Of a DNA stretch of 51,966 nucleotides, positions 16,851 through 26,183 are shown piece by piece. The position numbers and the translations under genes were made by a program. Numbering within the stretch: position 1 is the stretch's first letter; each line of letters starts with the position of its first letter. Source of the DNA: a virus. Lineage: Duplodnaviria > Caudoviricetes. The stretch lies in IMG/VR virus record IMGVR_UViG_3300031746_000028, positions 1-51,966 of that record; one strand, 5' to 3'. The notes below the pieces were generated by a model, which had not been told where the DNA came from, did not search any database, and saw only the letters and a list, made by a program, of their open reading frames with translations.

Positions 16851-17468
16851 ATGGCGGCGCGGAAGAGCCCGGCCAAGGGCGAGGAACCGCCCCAGGCGCT
16901 CCGGGCTTTCGAGGACTACTACGGCATGGGCGAGGGGCGTTCCCTGCCTAAGTTGGCGAGACAGTACAGGGCAAGCGCAGAGGCAGTGCCAACCAAGCAG
17001 GCGACGAGGCTCAAGCTGTGGTCGGCCGCTCACAAGTGGCAGCAGCGCGTCAAGGATCGCGACCAGCAGGCCTCCCAGGCCCGAGCCAAGCAGGTGGCCG
17101 AACGGGCCATGAAGTTCCGCGAGCGCGTCCTGGTGGGCATCGAGGTGGACGTGAACCGCTACCTCCAGGCGTTGCAGAACCGGGGCTCCGAGGGCATCAT
17201 GGCGGAAGACGCGGCCAGCCTGGAGAGGCTCGTCGTGCTCTTCTTCAAGCTCGCCGAGCAGCCGTTGACGGACAAGCAGCAGGTCGAGCATAGCGGGCCG
17301 GGCGGCGGGCCTCTCCAGACGGAGAACAAGCACAGTGGCAGCCTCGCTCTCAGCGCCAGCGCCGAGGTCCTTGGAATACTGGCAGCAGCAGGTGCGCTCG
17401 AACCCGCGGCTGCAGGAGCTGCTGACCCCGAAGCTGACGACGTGGATACCGCACCAGCCGCACCCTAA
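16851..17468 (+). CDS. Terminase small subunit
   Basis: AFEDYYGMGEGRSL, WSAAHKWQQRV, VEHSGPGGGPLQ; directly upstream of TerL. Confidence 0.75.
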   Translation: MAARKSPAKGEEPPQALRAFEDYYGMGEGRSLPKLARQYRASAEAVPTKQATRLKLWSAAHKWQQRVKDRDQQASQARAKQVAERAMKFRERVLVGIEVDVNRYLQALQNRGSEGIMAEDAASLERLVVLFFKLAEQPLTDKQQVEHSGPGGGPLQTENKHSGSLALSASAEVLGILAAAGALEPAAAGAADPEADDVDTAPAAP

Positions 17469-18675
17469 GCAGACGGCGTTCCTGTGGCTCCCGCACCGCG
17501 AGGCTTTCTACGGCGGCGCGGCCGGCGGTGGTAAGTCGGACGCCCTGCTCATGGCGGCGCTGCAGTACGTGGACGTGCCCGGCTACGCGGCCATTCTGTT
17601 CCGGCGCACCTTCACAGATTTGATGCTGCCCGACGCGATCATGGACCGCTCGCAGCAGTGGCTGTTGGGCACCAAGGCCCACTGGTCGCAGCAGAATAAG
17701 CAGTGGACGTTCCCCTCCGGGGCGACGCTGACGTTCGCCTACTTGGACACGGAGCGTGACAAGTACCGCTACCAGTCGGCGCAGTTCCAGTTCATCGGCT
17801 TCGACGAGCTGACGCAGTTCCCGGAGACGCAGTATCTGTACCTGTTCTCCCGGCTGCGGCGCCTTGACCAGCATCAGGTGCCGCTGCGAATGCGGGCGGC
17901 CAGCAACCCCGGCGGCATCGGCCATGAGTGGGTCAAGCAGCGGTTCATCATCGAGGGGCGGACGCAGGGCCGGGTGTTCATCGCGGCCAGCCTGAGCGAC
18001 AACCCGAGCCTCGACCAGGAAGAGTACCGCCAGAGCCTCGCCGAGCTTGACCCGCACACACGGGCCCAACTCCTCGAAGGCGACTGGGACAGCATCGCGG
18101 GCAACCTGTTCCGGCGCGAGTGGTTCGAGATCGTGGACGCGGCACCGGCCGACTGCCGCTGGGTGCGTTACTGGGATCGGGCGGCGACGGAGGCCAAGCC
18201 CGGGCGCGACCCTGACTACACCGTCGGCGTGCTGATGGGTCGGAGCAAGGACGGCATCTTCTACGTACAGGATGTACAGCGGGTGCGGGCGACCCCCCGC
18301 GGCGTGGAAAGCCTTGTGGTGGCGACGGCCGAGGTGGACACGAGGCGCGTGCCGATCTGGATGGAGCAGGAGCCCGGTAGCAGCGGCGTGGACACCATTG
18401 ACACCTACACCCGGCGCGCCCTCTCGGGCTTCGAGTTCCGGGGCGACAAGGTGACCGGCTCCAAGGAGACGCGGGCGCGGCCCCTCTCCTCGCAGGCGGA
18501 GGCCGGCAACGTCAAGCTGGTGCGGGGCCCGTGGATCGGTGACTTTCTGAACGAACTGGCGGCGTACACCGGGGACGCCGACAACCATGCCCACGATGAC
18601 CAGGTAGACGCGGCCAGCGGGGCATTCAACAAGCTCCATGAGCGGCCCGGCATGATCCCCCGAGGACGAGCATGA
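17335..18675 (+). CDS. terL: Terminase large subunit (start may be TTG 17371)
   Basis: PHPKQ, YGGAAGGGKS, FIGFDELTQF, ASNPGG, RYWDRA, HDDQVDA. Confidence 0.95.
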   Translation: MAASLSAPAPRSLEYWQQQVRSNPRLQELLTPKLTTWIPHQPHPKQTAFLWLPHREAFYGGAAGGGKSDALLMAALQYVDVPGYAAILFRRTFTDLMLPDAIMDRSQQWLLGTKAHWSQQNKQWTFPSGATLTFAYLDTERDKYRYQSAQFQFIGFDELTQFPETQYLYLFSRLRRLDQHQVPLRMRAASNPGGIGHEWVKQRFIIEGRTQGRVFIAASLSDNPSLDQEEYRQSLAELDPHTRAQLLEGDWDSIAGNLFRREWFEIVDAAPADCRWVRYWDRAATEAKPGRDPDYTVGVLMGRSKDGIFYVQDVQRVRATPRGVESLVVATAEVDTRRVPIWMEQEPGSSGVDTIDTYTRRALSGFEFRGDKVTGSKETRARPLSSQAEAGNVKLVRGPWIGDFLNELAAYTGDADNHAHDDQVDAASGAFNKLHERPGMIPRGRA

Positions 18676-20249
18676 GTGTTCTCTCCACGGTCGGCAACTG
18701 GTTCGGGCAGGCTGCCTCCTGGCTGGGCATCACCGGACAACGAGTGAGTGCTACCATGCTGACGGCGATGACGGGCAACAACCCGAAGCCCGAGTGGCCG
18801 CCCCTGGCCGACCGCCCGCGGCTGATTGCTTACCACAACGGCAGAATGCTGTACCGGGGCGAGCACGCCGCGCACCTGGACAAGCGCGACAGTGCTCAGA
18901 AGACCGCGCACCCCTACGTGGCGGTCAACCTCTGCGGGGCGTTGACGGACCTCGTGACCGGGCGGCTTTTCGGGCAGCCATTCACGGCCACGGTGCCGGA
19001 GGAGCTGGCCGGCACGCAGGACTTCATCTACGAACTGATGGAGCACAACTACCTGGAGAACGCCTGCCTCGTGGCAGCCGCCGGTGCCAGCTACCGCGGC
19101 GACGCCTGCTTCAAGGTGCGCTACGACGAGGGCCAGCGCCGGGTCGTCGTGGAGACGTTCTCGCCCTCCTGCTTCTTCCCCGAGATGCACCCCCTGGACG
19201 CCACCCGCATGGTCGCCGCGAACCTCGACCAAGTGCTCCTGCGCAAGGCGGATGACCCGTATCTTTGGCGGGAGCGGCATGAGCCCGGCGTGGTGCGCAA
19301 CCAACTCTTCCGCCTGGACAAGGACCAGCAGACTGGCGTCTACCATTTCGACCCGGCGACTGACGAGGTGGACCTGAATACCATCGAGGCGCTGGCGGAC
19401 TTGCCGCCGGAGATGGGGACGGGCGTGGACGCTCTCCTCGTGGTGCATGTCGCCAACCGCCCGCCGGTCGAGGGGCAGTTCTTCGGCCAGTCGGACTATG
19501 ACGAGGCGCTGGTCTCGCTGCAGGCGGAGGCCAACAGCCGGGAGACGCAGCGGGCGGCGGTGCTGAGCAAGCACGTTGACCCGACTATGACCGGCCCGAT
19601 GGTGCCGGATGCGTTCAAGGACGGCGCCGGCAACGTGAAGCTGGAGGGCATGAAGTACCTGGAGGTGGGGCCCGGCCAGCAGGAGCCGAAGTACGTCGTG
19701 TGGGATCCGCAACTGCCCGCCGTGGAGAACCAGCTCAAGGACCTGAAGGTGGCCTTCGCGGTCAACGCGGGCGTGGAGATGACGGCCCTGGTCCCGCAGG
19801 AAGGTGGCGCTGGGCCGGTGTCGGGGAGGGCGCTGCGGCTGTCACAGATGAAGACGCAGACGACCGTGGCGCTCAAGCAGCGCGCCTGGGGGCCGGGGCT
19901 GCAGCGGCTGCTGTCGGTGGCGACGAAGCTGGCGGCGGCGGTCGGGCCGGGGGCGCTGGACTGGAAGCCGGCGGAGGGCAGCCTTGTGGCGGTCGGCCCG
20001 GAGGACATCACGGTCACGTTCTCCGATGGCCTGCCGCAGGACCGCATGGAGGACGTGGAGGAGCAGACCGCCATGGTGGCCGCCGGGCTACAGACGCCGA
20101 AGCGGGCCATGATGGCGCTGCATGGGGTGTCGAGCGAAGAGGCGGACGCGATGCTCGAGGAGATGGGGGCGGCGAAGCAGGCGATGGCGCCGCCGGCGCC
20201 GGGCGGGTCGTCGCTCTTCCGGGCGATTGTGCCGCAGGAGGCTGAGTGA
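18672..20249 (+). CDS. Portal protein (SPP1/A118-like)
   Basis: Position after TerL, 525 aa, FGQSDY, SGRALR, ITVTFSDGLPQD. Confidence 0.88.
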   Translation: MSVLSTVGNWFGQAASWLGITGQRVSATMLTAMTGNNPKPEWPPLADRPRLIAYHNGRMLYRGEHAAHLDKRDSAQKTAHPYVAVNLCGALTDLVTGRLFGQPFTATVPEELAGTQDFIYELMEHNYLENACLVAAAGASYRGDACFKVRYDEGQRRVVVETFSPSCFFPEMHPLDATRMVAANLDQVLLRKADDPYLWRERHEPGVVRNQLFRLDKDQQTGVYHFDPATDEVDLNTIEALADLPPEMGTGVDALLVVHVANRPPVEGQFFGQSDYDEALVSLQAEANSRETQRAAVLSKHVDPTMTGPMVPDAFKDGAGNVKLEGMKYLEVGPGQQEPKYVVWDPQLPAVENQLKDLKVAFAVNAGVEMTALVPQEGGAGPVSGRALRLSQMKTQTTVALKQRAWGPGLQRLLSVATKLAAAVGPGALDWKPAEGSLVAVGPEDITVTFSDGLPQDRMEDVEEQTAMVAAGLQTPKRAMMALHGVSSEEADAMLEEMGAAKQAMAPPAPGGSSLFRAIVPQEAE

Positions 20250-20659
20250 CCATGCTGAGCGATCTGCTTCTGCGGCGTTGGTGTATGACGGTGACCGAAC
20301 TGGCTCTGTGGAAATACCGGGTTGCCAACGTGGGAGACTGGTATGGGGTGCCCGTATATGCCTGGCACATTCGGCACCAGCTTGCCTACCGGGCGGTGTG
20401 GGTCTACCCCGGCGATTGGGAGGGGCGCTGCCGGGCATGGCCCTTCCGAGCAGGACAGGTGGCCTGGGCACTGCGCTGTGTGGTGGCTGCAGAAAGCTGG
20501 TTCTTCGGAGGGTGGTACTACCGCGCGTTCGTCGCTGTTGCGGACTGGGCTGGCCTGTCATACCGCGAAACAGAGGCCCGGTACTGGTCGGAGGCATGGC
20601 GGCTACTCGCCCGCCACATCGGCCTGAAGCTCACCGGGCGGCGAGGGTTGGCTGACTGA
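20246..20659 (+). CDS. Trp/Tyr-rich hypothetical protein inserted in the head module
   Basis: Coupled on both sides; atypical composition. Confidence 0.5.
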   Translation: MTMLSDLLLRRWCMTVTELALWKYRVANVGDWYGVPVYAWHIRHQLAYRAVWVYPGDWEGRCRAWPFRAGQVAWALRCVVAAESWFFGGWYYRAFVAVADWAGLSYRETEARYWSEAWRLLARHIGLKLTGRRGLAD

Positions 20660-21468
20660 TGGCCGCGGCCCTGCGCCCGTACAGCCGCTCCGAACTGCTG
20701 GAGATCGCCGACCAGCTCGGCGGCGTCTACCGCGACGGCGAGGCGCGCATCCTGCGCCTCCTCGGCCAGGGCAGCATCAGCGAGTGGAAACGGGACTACC
20801 TGAACAAGCAGCTCAAGCAGATCGAGACCATCCTGCACGGGCTGGAGGGGGCATCACGGGACTGGGCTGAGACGCACGTGCCGACGGTGTACCTCCACAA
20901 CCTGCGGATCGCCGACCAGGCCCTCGGGTCGAGTATGGGCATGACCGCCATTCACCAGGACGCCATGAGCAGCATCGCCCAGACGCTCGTGCAGGACCTG
21001 GACCACGTGACCGGCGGGGTGGGCCGGGCGGTGCGCGACGTGTACCGGCAGGCGACGCTGGGCAACATCCAGGCGGGGCTGACCGGGGGCGAGACGCGGC
21101 GGCAGGTCAGCAAGGGGATCGTCGCCGACCTGCAGGAGAAGGGCGTGACGGGGTTCACCGACAAGGCCGGCCGCGAGTGGGCCATGAGCGACTACGCCGA
21201 GATGGTGGCGCGGACCACGACGCGGGAGGCCTCCTGGCAGGGCACGGCGAACCGGATGCTCGAGGCTGGTGAGGACCTGCTGCAGATCAGCAGCCACGCC
21301 CGGAGCTGCGAGTTGTGCGAGCCCTGGCAGGGCGTCGTGGTGAGCATGAGCGGTGAGACGGCGGGTTACCCGACGCTGAGCCAGGCGCAGGGCGAAGGGT
21401 TTGGCCACCCTAACTGTGTGCATGATCTGTTGCCGTACGTGCCGGAGGCGGCTATACTGGGGGAGTAG
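20659..21468 (+). CDS. Phage minor capsid / head morphogenesis protein
   Basis: FTDKAGREW..DYAEMVARTT, SSHARSCELCEPWQG, HPNCVH. Confidence 0.88.
   Translation: MAAALRPYSRSELLEIADQLGGVYRDGEARILRLLGQGSISEWKRDYLNKQLKQIETILHGLEGASRDWAETHVPTVYLHNLRIADQALGSSMGMTAIHQDAMSSIAQTLVQDLDHVTGGVGRAVRDVYRQATLGNIQAGLTGGETRRQVSKGIVADLQEKGVTGFTDKAGREWAMSDYAEMVARTTTREASWQGTANRMLEAGEDLLQISSHARSCELCEPWQGVVVSMSGETAGYPTLSQAQGEGFGHPNCVHDLLPYVPEAAILGE
21430..21458 (+). promoter_or_regulatory. Promoter for the cassette region
   Basis: TTGCCG-17 bp-TATACT. Confidence 0.6.
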
Positions 21469-21535
21469 ACAGAGCCTTGGCGGGAGGGTGGGTTCACTCA
21501 CCCTGTCCCACCTGACCGCCAGAAACAGGGTGAGC
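21447..21535 (+). repeat. 89-bp leader repeat copy 1 (structured RNA candidate)
   Basis: Identical to 22311-22399 except T21513/C22377. Confidence 0.92.
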
Positions 21536-22267
21536 ATGATGGCAGAAAGCGGTACGGACGGAGAGAGATGGGGATTAGACGGAGACAGTGCGTACGATGA
21601 CACTCTCCAGCACATAGAAGTCGCTGGCGGCATCATGGAGTACCTCGAAGCAATGCGCATGGGGGATTGTCGAGACTGGCGCGAAGGGTGGAAGACGGCA
21701 ATAGCAGAGTCATTGCAACACTACCTGAAGCAGCAGGTCGAGACGGAGTATGCTGACCTGCTCCCAAAGACGATGTCCTGCGAGTGCTTCTACGTACCAT
21801 CCGATGCAATGCTGATACCCGGCATTCTGAGGAAGGGGCATGTCTGGGATGGCCAAGACTGGATAGCTGTCCAACAGATCGCTTTCGTGGACGAGCCAGT
21901 CGAAGGTCTTTGGGACCCAGCACAACCCGACAACTGCCAGGGTTGTGGAATGGACCTCCTCAGCTACCCGACGCCTCATGGTCCCATTAGGGCGAAGCTT
22001 GCGGACATTGCGGAGCCGGGGGGTTGCGACAAAGACAGCACACCCCAACAGCTCCAGGTCATGATGACGTGTCCGAAGTGCGGCCAAGTCGATACCATGA
22101 CCATCAGGTCAGACCGGGTAGTGTGCAACTTCGTTGAGAGTACGTGCGTCTGCGGGAATGTCAGTTACTGGCGCGTGACATACGAGTGGGCACCTGAGAA
22201 CAAGTGGTTTCCTATAGGTGCAACGGTAGCCATTGATGAGGAGTTTGCTCGAAGTCTGATCGAGTAG
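21536..22267 (+). CDS. Lower-GC cargo gene 1 (Cys pairs CQGC, CPKC, CVC)
   Basis: ATG right after the leader repeat; codon usage differs from core genes. Confidence 0.7.
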   Translation: MMAESGTDGERWGLDGDSAYDDTLQHIEVAGGIMEYLEAMRMGDCRDWREGWKTAIAESLQHYLKQQVETEYADLLPKTMSCECFYVPSDAMLIPGILRKGHVWDGQDWIAVQQIAFVDEPVEGLWDPAQPDNCQGCGMDLLSYPTPHGPIRAKLADIAEPGGCDKDSTPQQLQVMMTCPKCGQVDTMTIRSDRVVCNFVESTCVCGNVSYWRVTYEWAPENKWFPIGATVAIDEEFARSLIE

Positions 22268-22310
22268 CATCGCACCTATCCACGGGCACCCCGAGCCGTC
22301 CTCTTCCGAG

Positions 22311-22399
22311 GGCGGCTATACTGGGGGAGTAGACAGAGCCTTGGCGGGAGGGTGGGTTCACTCACCCTGTCCCACCCGACCGCCAGAAACAGGGTGAGC
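22311..22399 (+). repeat. 89-bp leader repeat copy 2
   Basis: Matches 21447-21535; partial third copy at 22739-22770. Confidence 0.92.
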
Positions 22400-22402
22400 G
22401 AG

Positions 22403-23065
22403 ATGTCAGAGATGTGCTGCGAGCTGTATTGTCCGCGCTGCAAGTTCGGCTTTCGGTGGGTAGAGGGACATTTGGAATATCATATGGACGACGGTCTCGG
22501 CGGGGTTGCACGCATTCGCAGACCCAGCCCGCCAGAGCTGGAGGATGCGGCGCTGGCAGATTCCACTGCGCCGACGCCAGGGGTCAGTATTCGTAGCGGG
22601 TCTACGCTAACCGAACTCGTCCCGCAGGTACTGGCCGATGCACAGGAGTGGTTCGAGAAGATGCAACGCGAAGACGTGAAGGCGGCGATCCGCGAACAGA
22701 TCGCCGCAGAGCGACTTGCGGCGGACGCCCAGGCGGAGACCGCCAGAAACAGCGTGAGCATGATGGCAGAGCAGAGAGAGCGGTGGTGGAATGCAGAGCA
22801 TGGGATTCGCCATGCGCCTCCCATGGTGATTCCGCTTGCCCCCCTCGGGAAGAATGTGGCCGCGGGCGTGTTTGCGGGCGGGGTACGTCTTCTGAGGAGG
22901 ATCGAGCGGCCCCACATCCAGGTTGAGAAGGGCATGGTTTTCGTGACCGATATGGAGAACGGTGAAATGATCACGACGTTCGGCAAAAGGGGGTGGGATG
23001 AGCATGTGAAGATAGGGCAGGAAGCAGAACGTCTCAGCAATAAGTTGGCGGCAACCGAGGCGTAG
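22403..23065 (+). CDS. Cargo gene 2, mosaic containing capsid and scaffold fragments
   Basis: TLTELVPQVLADAQEWF matches the capsid N-terminus; DAQAETAR matches the scaffold. Confidence 0.65.
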   Translation: MSEMCCELYCPRCKFGFRWVEGHLEYHMDDGLGGVARIRRPSPPELEDAALADSTAPTPGVSIRSGSTLTELVPQVLADAQEWFEKMQREDVKAAIREQIAAERLAADAQAETARNSVSMMAEQRERWWNAEHGIRHAPPMVIPLAPLGKNVAAGVFAGGVRLLRRIERPHIQVEKGMVFVTDMENGEMITTFGKRGWDEHVKIGQEAERLSNKLAATEA

Positions 23066-23085
23066 CAACTAAGGCCACATCCCGA

Positions 23086-23123
23086 CACGGGCACACCGAG
23101 CCGACCTCTTCTGAGGGCGGCTC
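23086..23123 (+). repeat. Cassette 3' hairpin repeat (also at 22281-22317)
   Basis: cacgggcac(a/c)ccgagccg(a/t)cctcttc(t/c)gagggcggct. Confidence 0.8.
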
Positions 23124-23191
23124 TTCCGATTCCACGAGGACGCTTGGGCGTCCTTCACGCCGACGGGCGGCAAAAACGGAGGCCGAGCACC

Positions 23192-23938
23192 ATGTCAGAG
23201 AAGCCGATTGCAGACGGACAGAGCACCACCCCGCCCGCTGGTGATGGCCAGGCCAGCGGTCTGGGCGCAGACAACGCGGCGGGAGGCACTGGGGCCGGTG
23301 TCGCGGGGCAGTTCACCCAGGCGGACATGGACAAGGTCGTGACGGACCGCCTCGCGCGGGAGAAGCGCAGCCTCGAAGCGGCGCACGCGAAGACGCTGGC
23401 AGAGCGCGATGCCGAGCTGCAGAAGTACCGCGACGCCGAGGCGGCGCAACAGGCCGCCGCGATGAGCGAGCTGGAGAAGGCCCAGAAGGTCGCGTCGGAC
23501 GCCCAGGCGGAGACTGCCAGGCTGCAGACCCAGGTGGCCGACGCCAACATCCAGACGCTCCGGGCAAACCTGCTCGCGGTCGAGGCCCCGGACCTGCCGT
23601 CGGAGTTTCGGGTGCAGGTGACGGGGGCCGACGAGGAGGCCATCAAGGCGAGCATCGCGGAGGCGCGGATGAAGTACCAGGAGCGGCAGAAGGCGTGGCT
23701 GGCTGACGTGGCCTCGCTGACGCCGGAGCAGCTCGTGGCGAAGTACGGCGAGGAGGCCCGCCCGCTGGCGGAACGCCTGTCGGGGAAGGTGCTGAGCATC
23801 GGCAGCCCGACGGCGGCGACGCCGGGGCAGCCGCCCCTGGCCGGAGAATGGGACCCCAACAAACCCGCGACCCAGACCACGGCGAACTGGCGCAAGGAAC
23901 GCGAGCGCCAGGGCGTCGGTCGGGTCACCATCGGGTAA
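23192..23938 (+). CDS. Capsid scaffolding protein
   Basis: FTQADMDKVVTDRLARE, MSELEKAQ coiled coil; upstream of the capsid gene. Confidence 0.85.
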   Translation: MSEKPIADGQSTTPPAGDGQASGLGADNAAGGTGAGVAGQFTQADMDKVVTDRLAREKRSLEAAHAKTLAERDAELQKYRDAEAAQQAAAMSELEKAQKVASDAQAETARLQTQVADANIQTLRANLLAVEAPDLPSEFRVQVTGADEEAIKASIAEARMKYQERQKAWLADVASLTPEQLVAKYGEEARPLAERLSGKVLSIGSPTAATPGQPPLAGEWDPNKPATQTTANWRKERERQGVGRVTIG

Positions 23939-23953
23939 CAGGAGTGAGTAGAG

Positions 23954-24838
23954 ATGGCTGGCACCACCACCACCACACTGACCGAACTCGTCCCGCAGAT
24001 TCTGGGCGAGGCGCAGATGTGGTTTGTTGACAAGTCGTTGTTCATGCCGAAGACCGGCATCGCGGAGCAGTTCCTGCAGTGGCGGGACCTGCGCGACTCG
24101 CCCGGGCTGACCGCCACCTTCCCGAAGTACACCGCTGTGACCATGGGTGACGGGACGGAGGGGACGGACTACTCCAGCATCTCCGTGCTGGACACCAGTG
24201 GTCCGGGCTCGGTGACCGCCGCGGAGAAGGTCATCAACGTGCTCATCAGTGACCTGGCCGTGGACTCCGTTCAGGGCGGGCCGGGGCAGCTCATCGCGGA
24301 CTGCGGTAGGGCTATCGGTACCGCCGCGGCCACGAAGTTCGACGGCGATGTCATGGCCCTGTTCGCCTCGCTGACCGCCGCGATTACCGGCAGCTTCGCG
24401 ACCACGACTCCCGTCACCCAGGCGAAGTTCCGCCGGGCTATCTCTGGCCTGGAGAGCGTGCCGGTGCCGGGGCCGTACGCCGCGTTTTTCCACCCGAACG
24501 GCTGGGAGGACTTCCTGGCAGAGTCGACCACCCCGCTGCTGAACGCCGCCGCATCGGATGCCATCGCCAGGGAGATTTGGAAGAGCGACTTCGCCGCGAA
24601 CATCCTCGGCGTGAACTGCTTCAAGCACTCGAAGGTGCCGGCCGCGACGACCGTAGACTGGGTGGGAGGCTTCATGTCGTCCTACGCCATCGGCTGCGTG
24701 TGGAAGGGCGACCTCAAGATCGAACCCCAGCGTGACGCCACCCTCCGGGGTACGGAGTTCGTCGGCGTGATGAAGTACGGCGTGGGCGTCATTGACGCGA
24801 CGGCCGGGTACATCATGCTCCACGACTACCGCGTGTAG
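23954..24838 (+). CDS. Major capsid protein (HK97 fold)
   Basis: Position, TATFPKY, FFHP, ILGVN, KIEPQRD...MKYGVGV. Confidence 0.85.
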   Translation: MAGTTTTTLTELVPQILGEAQMWFVDKSLFMPKTGIAEQFLQWRDLRDSPGLTATFPKYTAVTMGDGTEGTDYSSISVLDTSGPGSVTAAEKVINVLISDLAVDSVQGGPGQLIADCGRAIGTAAATKFDGDVMALFASLTAAITGSFATTTPVTQAKFRRAISGLESVPVPGPYAAFFHPNGWEDFLAESTTPLLNAAASDAIAREIWKSDFAANILGVNCFKHSKVPAATTVDWVGGFMSSYAIGCVWKGDLKIEPQRDATLRGTEFVGVMKYGVGVIDATAGYIMLHDYRV

Positions 24839-24931
24839 CGCGGGGACCGCGACAAACAGTGAGGTTCAGAGAACCTCCGGGCGGGGCTGGTGGCGACACC
24901 GGCCTCGCCCGCTCTACAAGGAGGCAGTGAC

Positions 24932-25156
24932 ATGCCGCAACTGTTCCGCAAGATGAATGCTACGGATGGCGAGCCGGAGACCTGGTTCCGCTTCTACTAC
25001 CCGGTGGGGTCGGACATCAAGGCGGTCTGTGCCGCGAACGGGTGGGCCGACCAGATGCCCGCCGGGGTGCTGGTGCTAGACGAGAAGGGTGTCGTAATCC
25101 AGGAGGGGCCGGTCGCCGCTCCTGAGGCGGAGAAGCCAGCGAAGGAGGCCAAGTAG
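24932..25156 (+). CDS. Small virion-associated hypothetical protein
   Basis: AAGGAGG RBS. Confidence 0.65.
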   Translation: MPQLFRKMNATDGEPETWFRFYYPVGSDIKAVCAANGWADQMPAGVLVLDEKGVVIQEGPVAAPEAEKPAKEAK

Positions 25157-25157
25157 G

Positions 25158-25577
25158 ATGACCGAGAATGAGCCCCTGATTGCCATGCGCTACATCGGGG
25201 TCATGGACGCTCATGCGGCACCCGAGGTGAACGTGTTCCTGGCTCCCTGTGACTGTCTCATCGTCGGTGTCTGGCTGGTGGACGGCACCGCCAAGACTGG
25301 CCATGCCGACAACAAGGGCACCTACGTAGCCTACAACAAGACCACAGGCGCCGGCGCGGTCGTCGTGGCCAGCCGCGTCACCGACACCCCGACGACTGAC
25401 AACATCGTGGCGAACGTCGGCTGGCCGCTGGACCTGAGCACGACTCTCTCGGCGCTGAACATGTCTCAGGGCCAGGTGCTGTCGTTCAAGGCCACGGAGG
25501 CGGGCACGGCCGCCAGCGGCGACCTCGTGACTGCCCTGGTGGGCGTGGCCTACGTGCCCGGCAAGGGCCGCGTGTAA
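25158..25577 (+). CDS. Putative head decoration/structural protein
   Basis: Beta-rich ORF after the capsid gene. Confidence 0.55.
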   Translation: MTENEPLIAMRYIGVMDAHAAPEVNVFLAPCDCLIVGVWLVDGTAKTGHADNKGTYVAYNKTTGAGAVVVASRVTDTPTTDNIVANVGWPLDLSTTLSALNMSQGQVLSFKATEAGTAASGDLVTALVGVAYVPGKGRV

Positions 25578-25601
25578 GCGACCGCGGAAGGACGGACTGA
25601 G

Positions 25602-26180
25602 ATGGCCAGTCTGATTGTCTGCACGCCCGGCGGCAAGGACGACAACTGCTACGTGACCGCCGTGCAGGCCACGGCGTACTTCGCCAACACCCTGCGGGCG
25701 CAGTCATGGGACGCCCGGGTGGTCACCCTGCAGCCCCAGTCATGGGACGCCCTGGCGGTCACCCTGCGGGAGCAGGCACTCATTCAGGCGACGCAGGACC
25801 TTGAGGCTCTGGGCGGGGCGCGGCTGAACGTGCGTAGCCCCGCTCGGAGTCGTTTCGCGGGATTCCCATACAACTGTGACCTGGACGTGCAGGCGCTGCA
25901 CTTCCCGCGCATCACGGACGTGGACCATGACGGCGTGACGAAGCTGGTCCCGCAGGACATCAAGGCGGCAGTCTGTGAGCAGGCGGCCTGGCTGCTCGCG
26001 AAGCTGTCGGGCCCCGATCTCGTTGATCGCGACGCCCTGCAGGCAGCGGGGGTGACGAACATCAGTGTGGATGGGATCAGTGAGAGCTATGGCCCGCGCA
26101 CCGTACCGGCCGGCATCTGCCCGGCGGCCTGGACGCGCGTGCAGCCATTCCTGCGCGGCGGCTGGTCGGGGACGGTGTAG
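25602..26180 (+). CDS. Head-tail adaptor
   Basis: NCYVT..A..YF, ALIQAT, LHFPR, VPQDIKAAVCEQA. Confidence 0.75.
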   Translation: MASLIVCTPGGKDDNCYVTAVQATAYFANTLRAQSWDARVVTLQPQSWDALAVTLREQALIQATQDLEALGGARLNVRSPARSRFAGFPYNCDLDVQALHFPRITDVDHDGVTKLVPQDIKAAVCEQAAWLLAKLSGPDLVDRDALQAAGVTNISVDGISESYGPRTVPAGICPAAWTRVQPFLRGGWSGTV

Positions 26181-26183
26181 CCG

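Noticed and set aside
17335-17468. Terminase small/large subunit overlap as a recoding event
   Set aside because: Such overlaps are common, and an alternative TTG start at 17371 shortens it; no slippery site seen
21493-21530. Hammerhead ribozyme (ctga...gaaa)
   Set aside because: No CUGANGA core; copy 2 reads ccga
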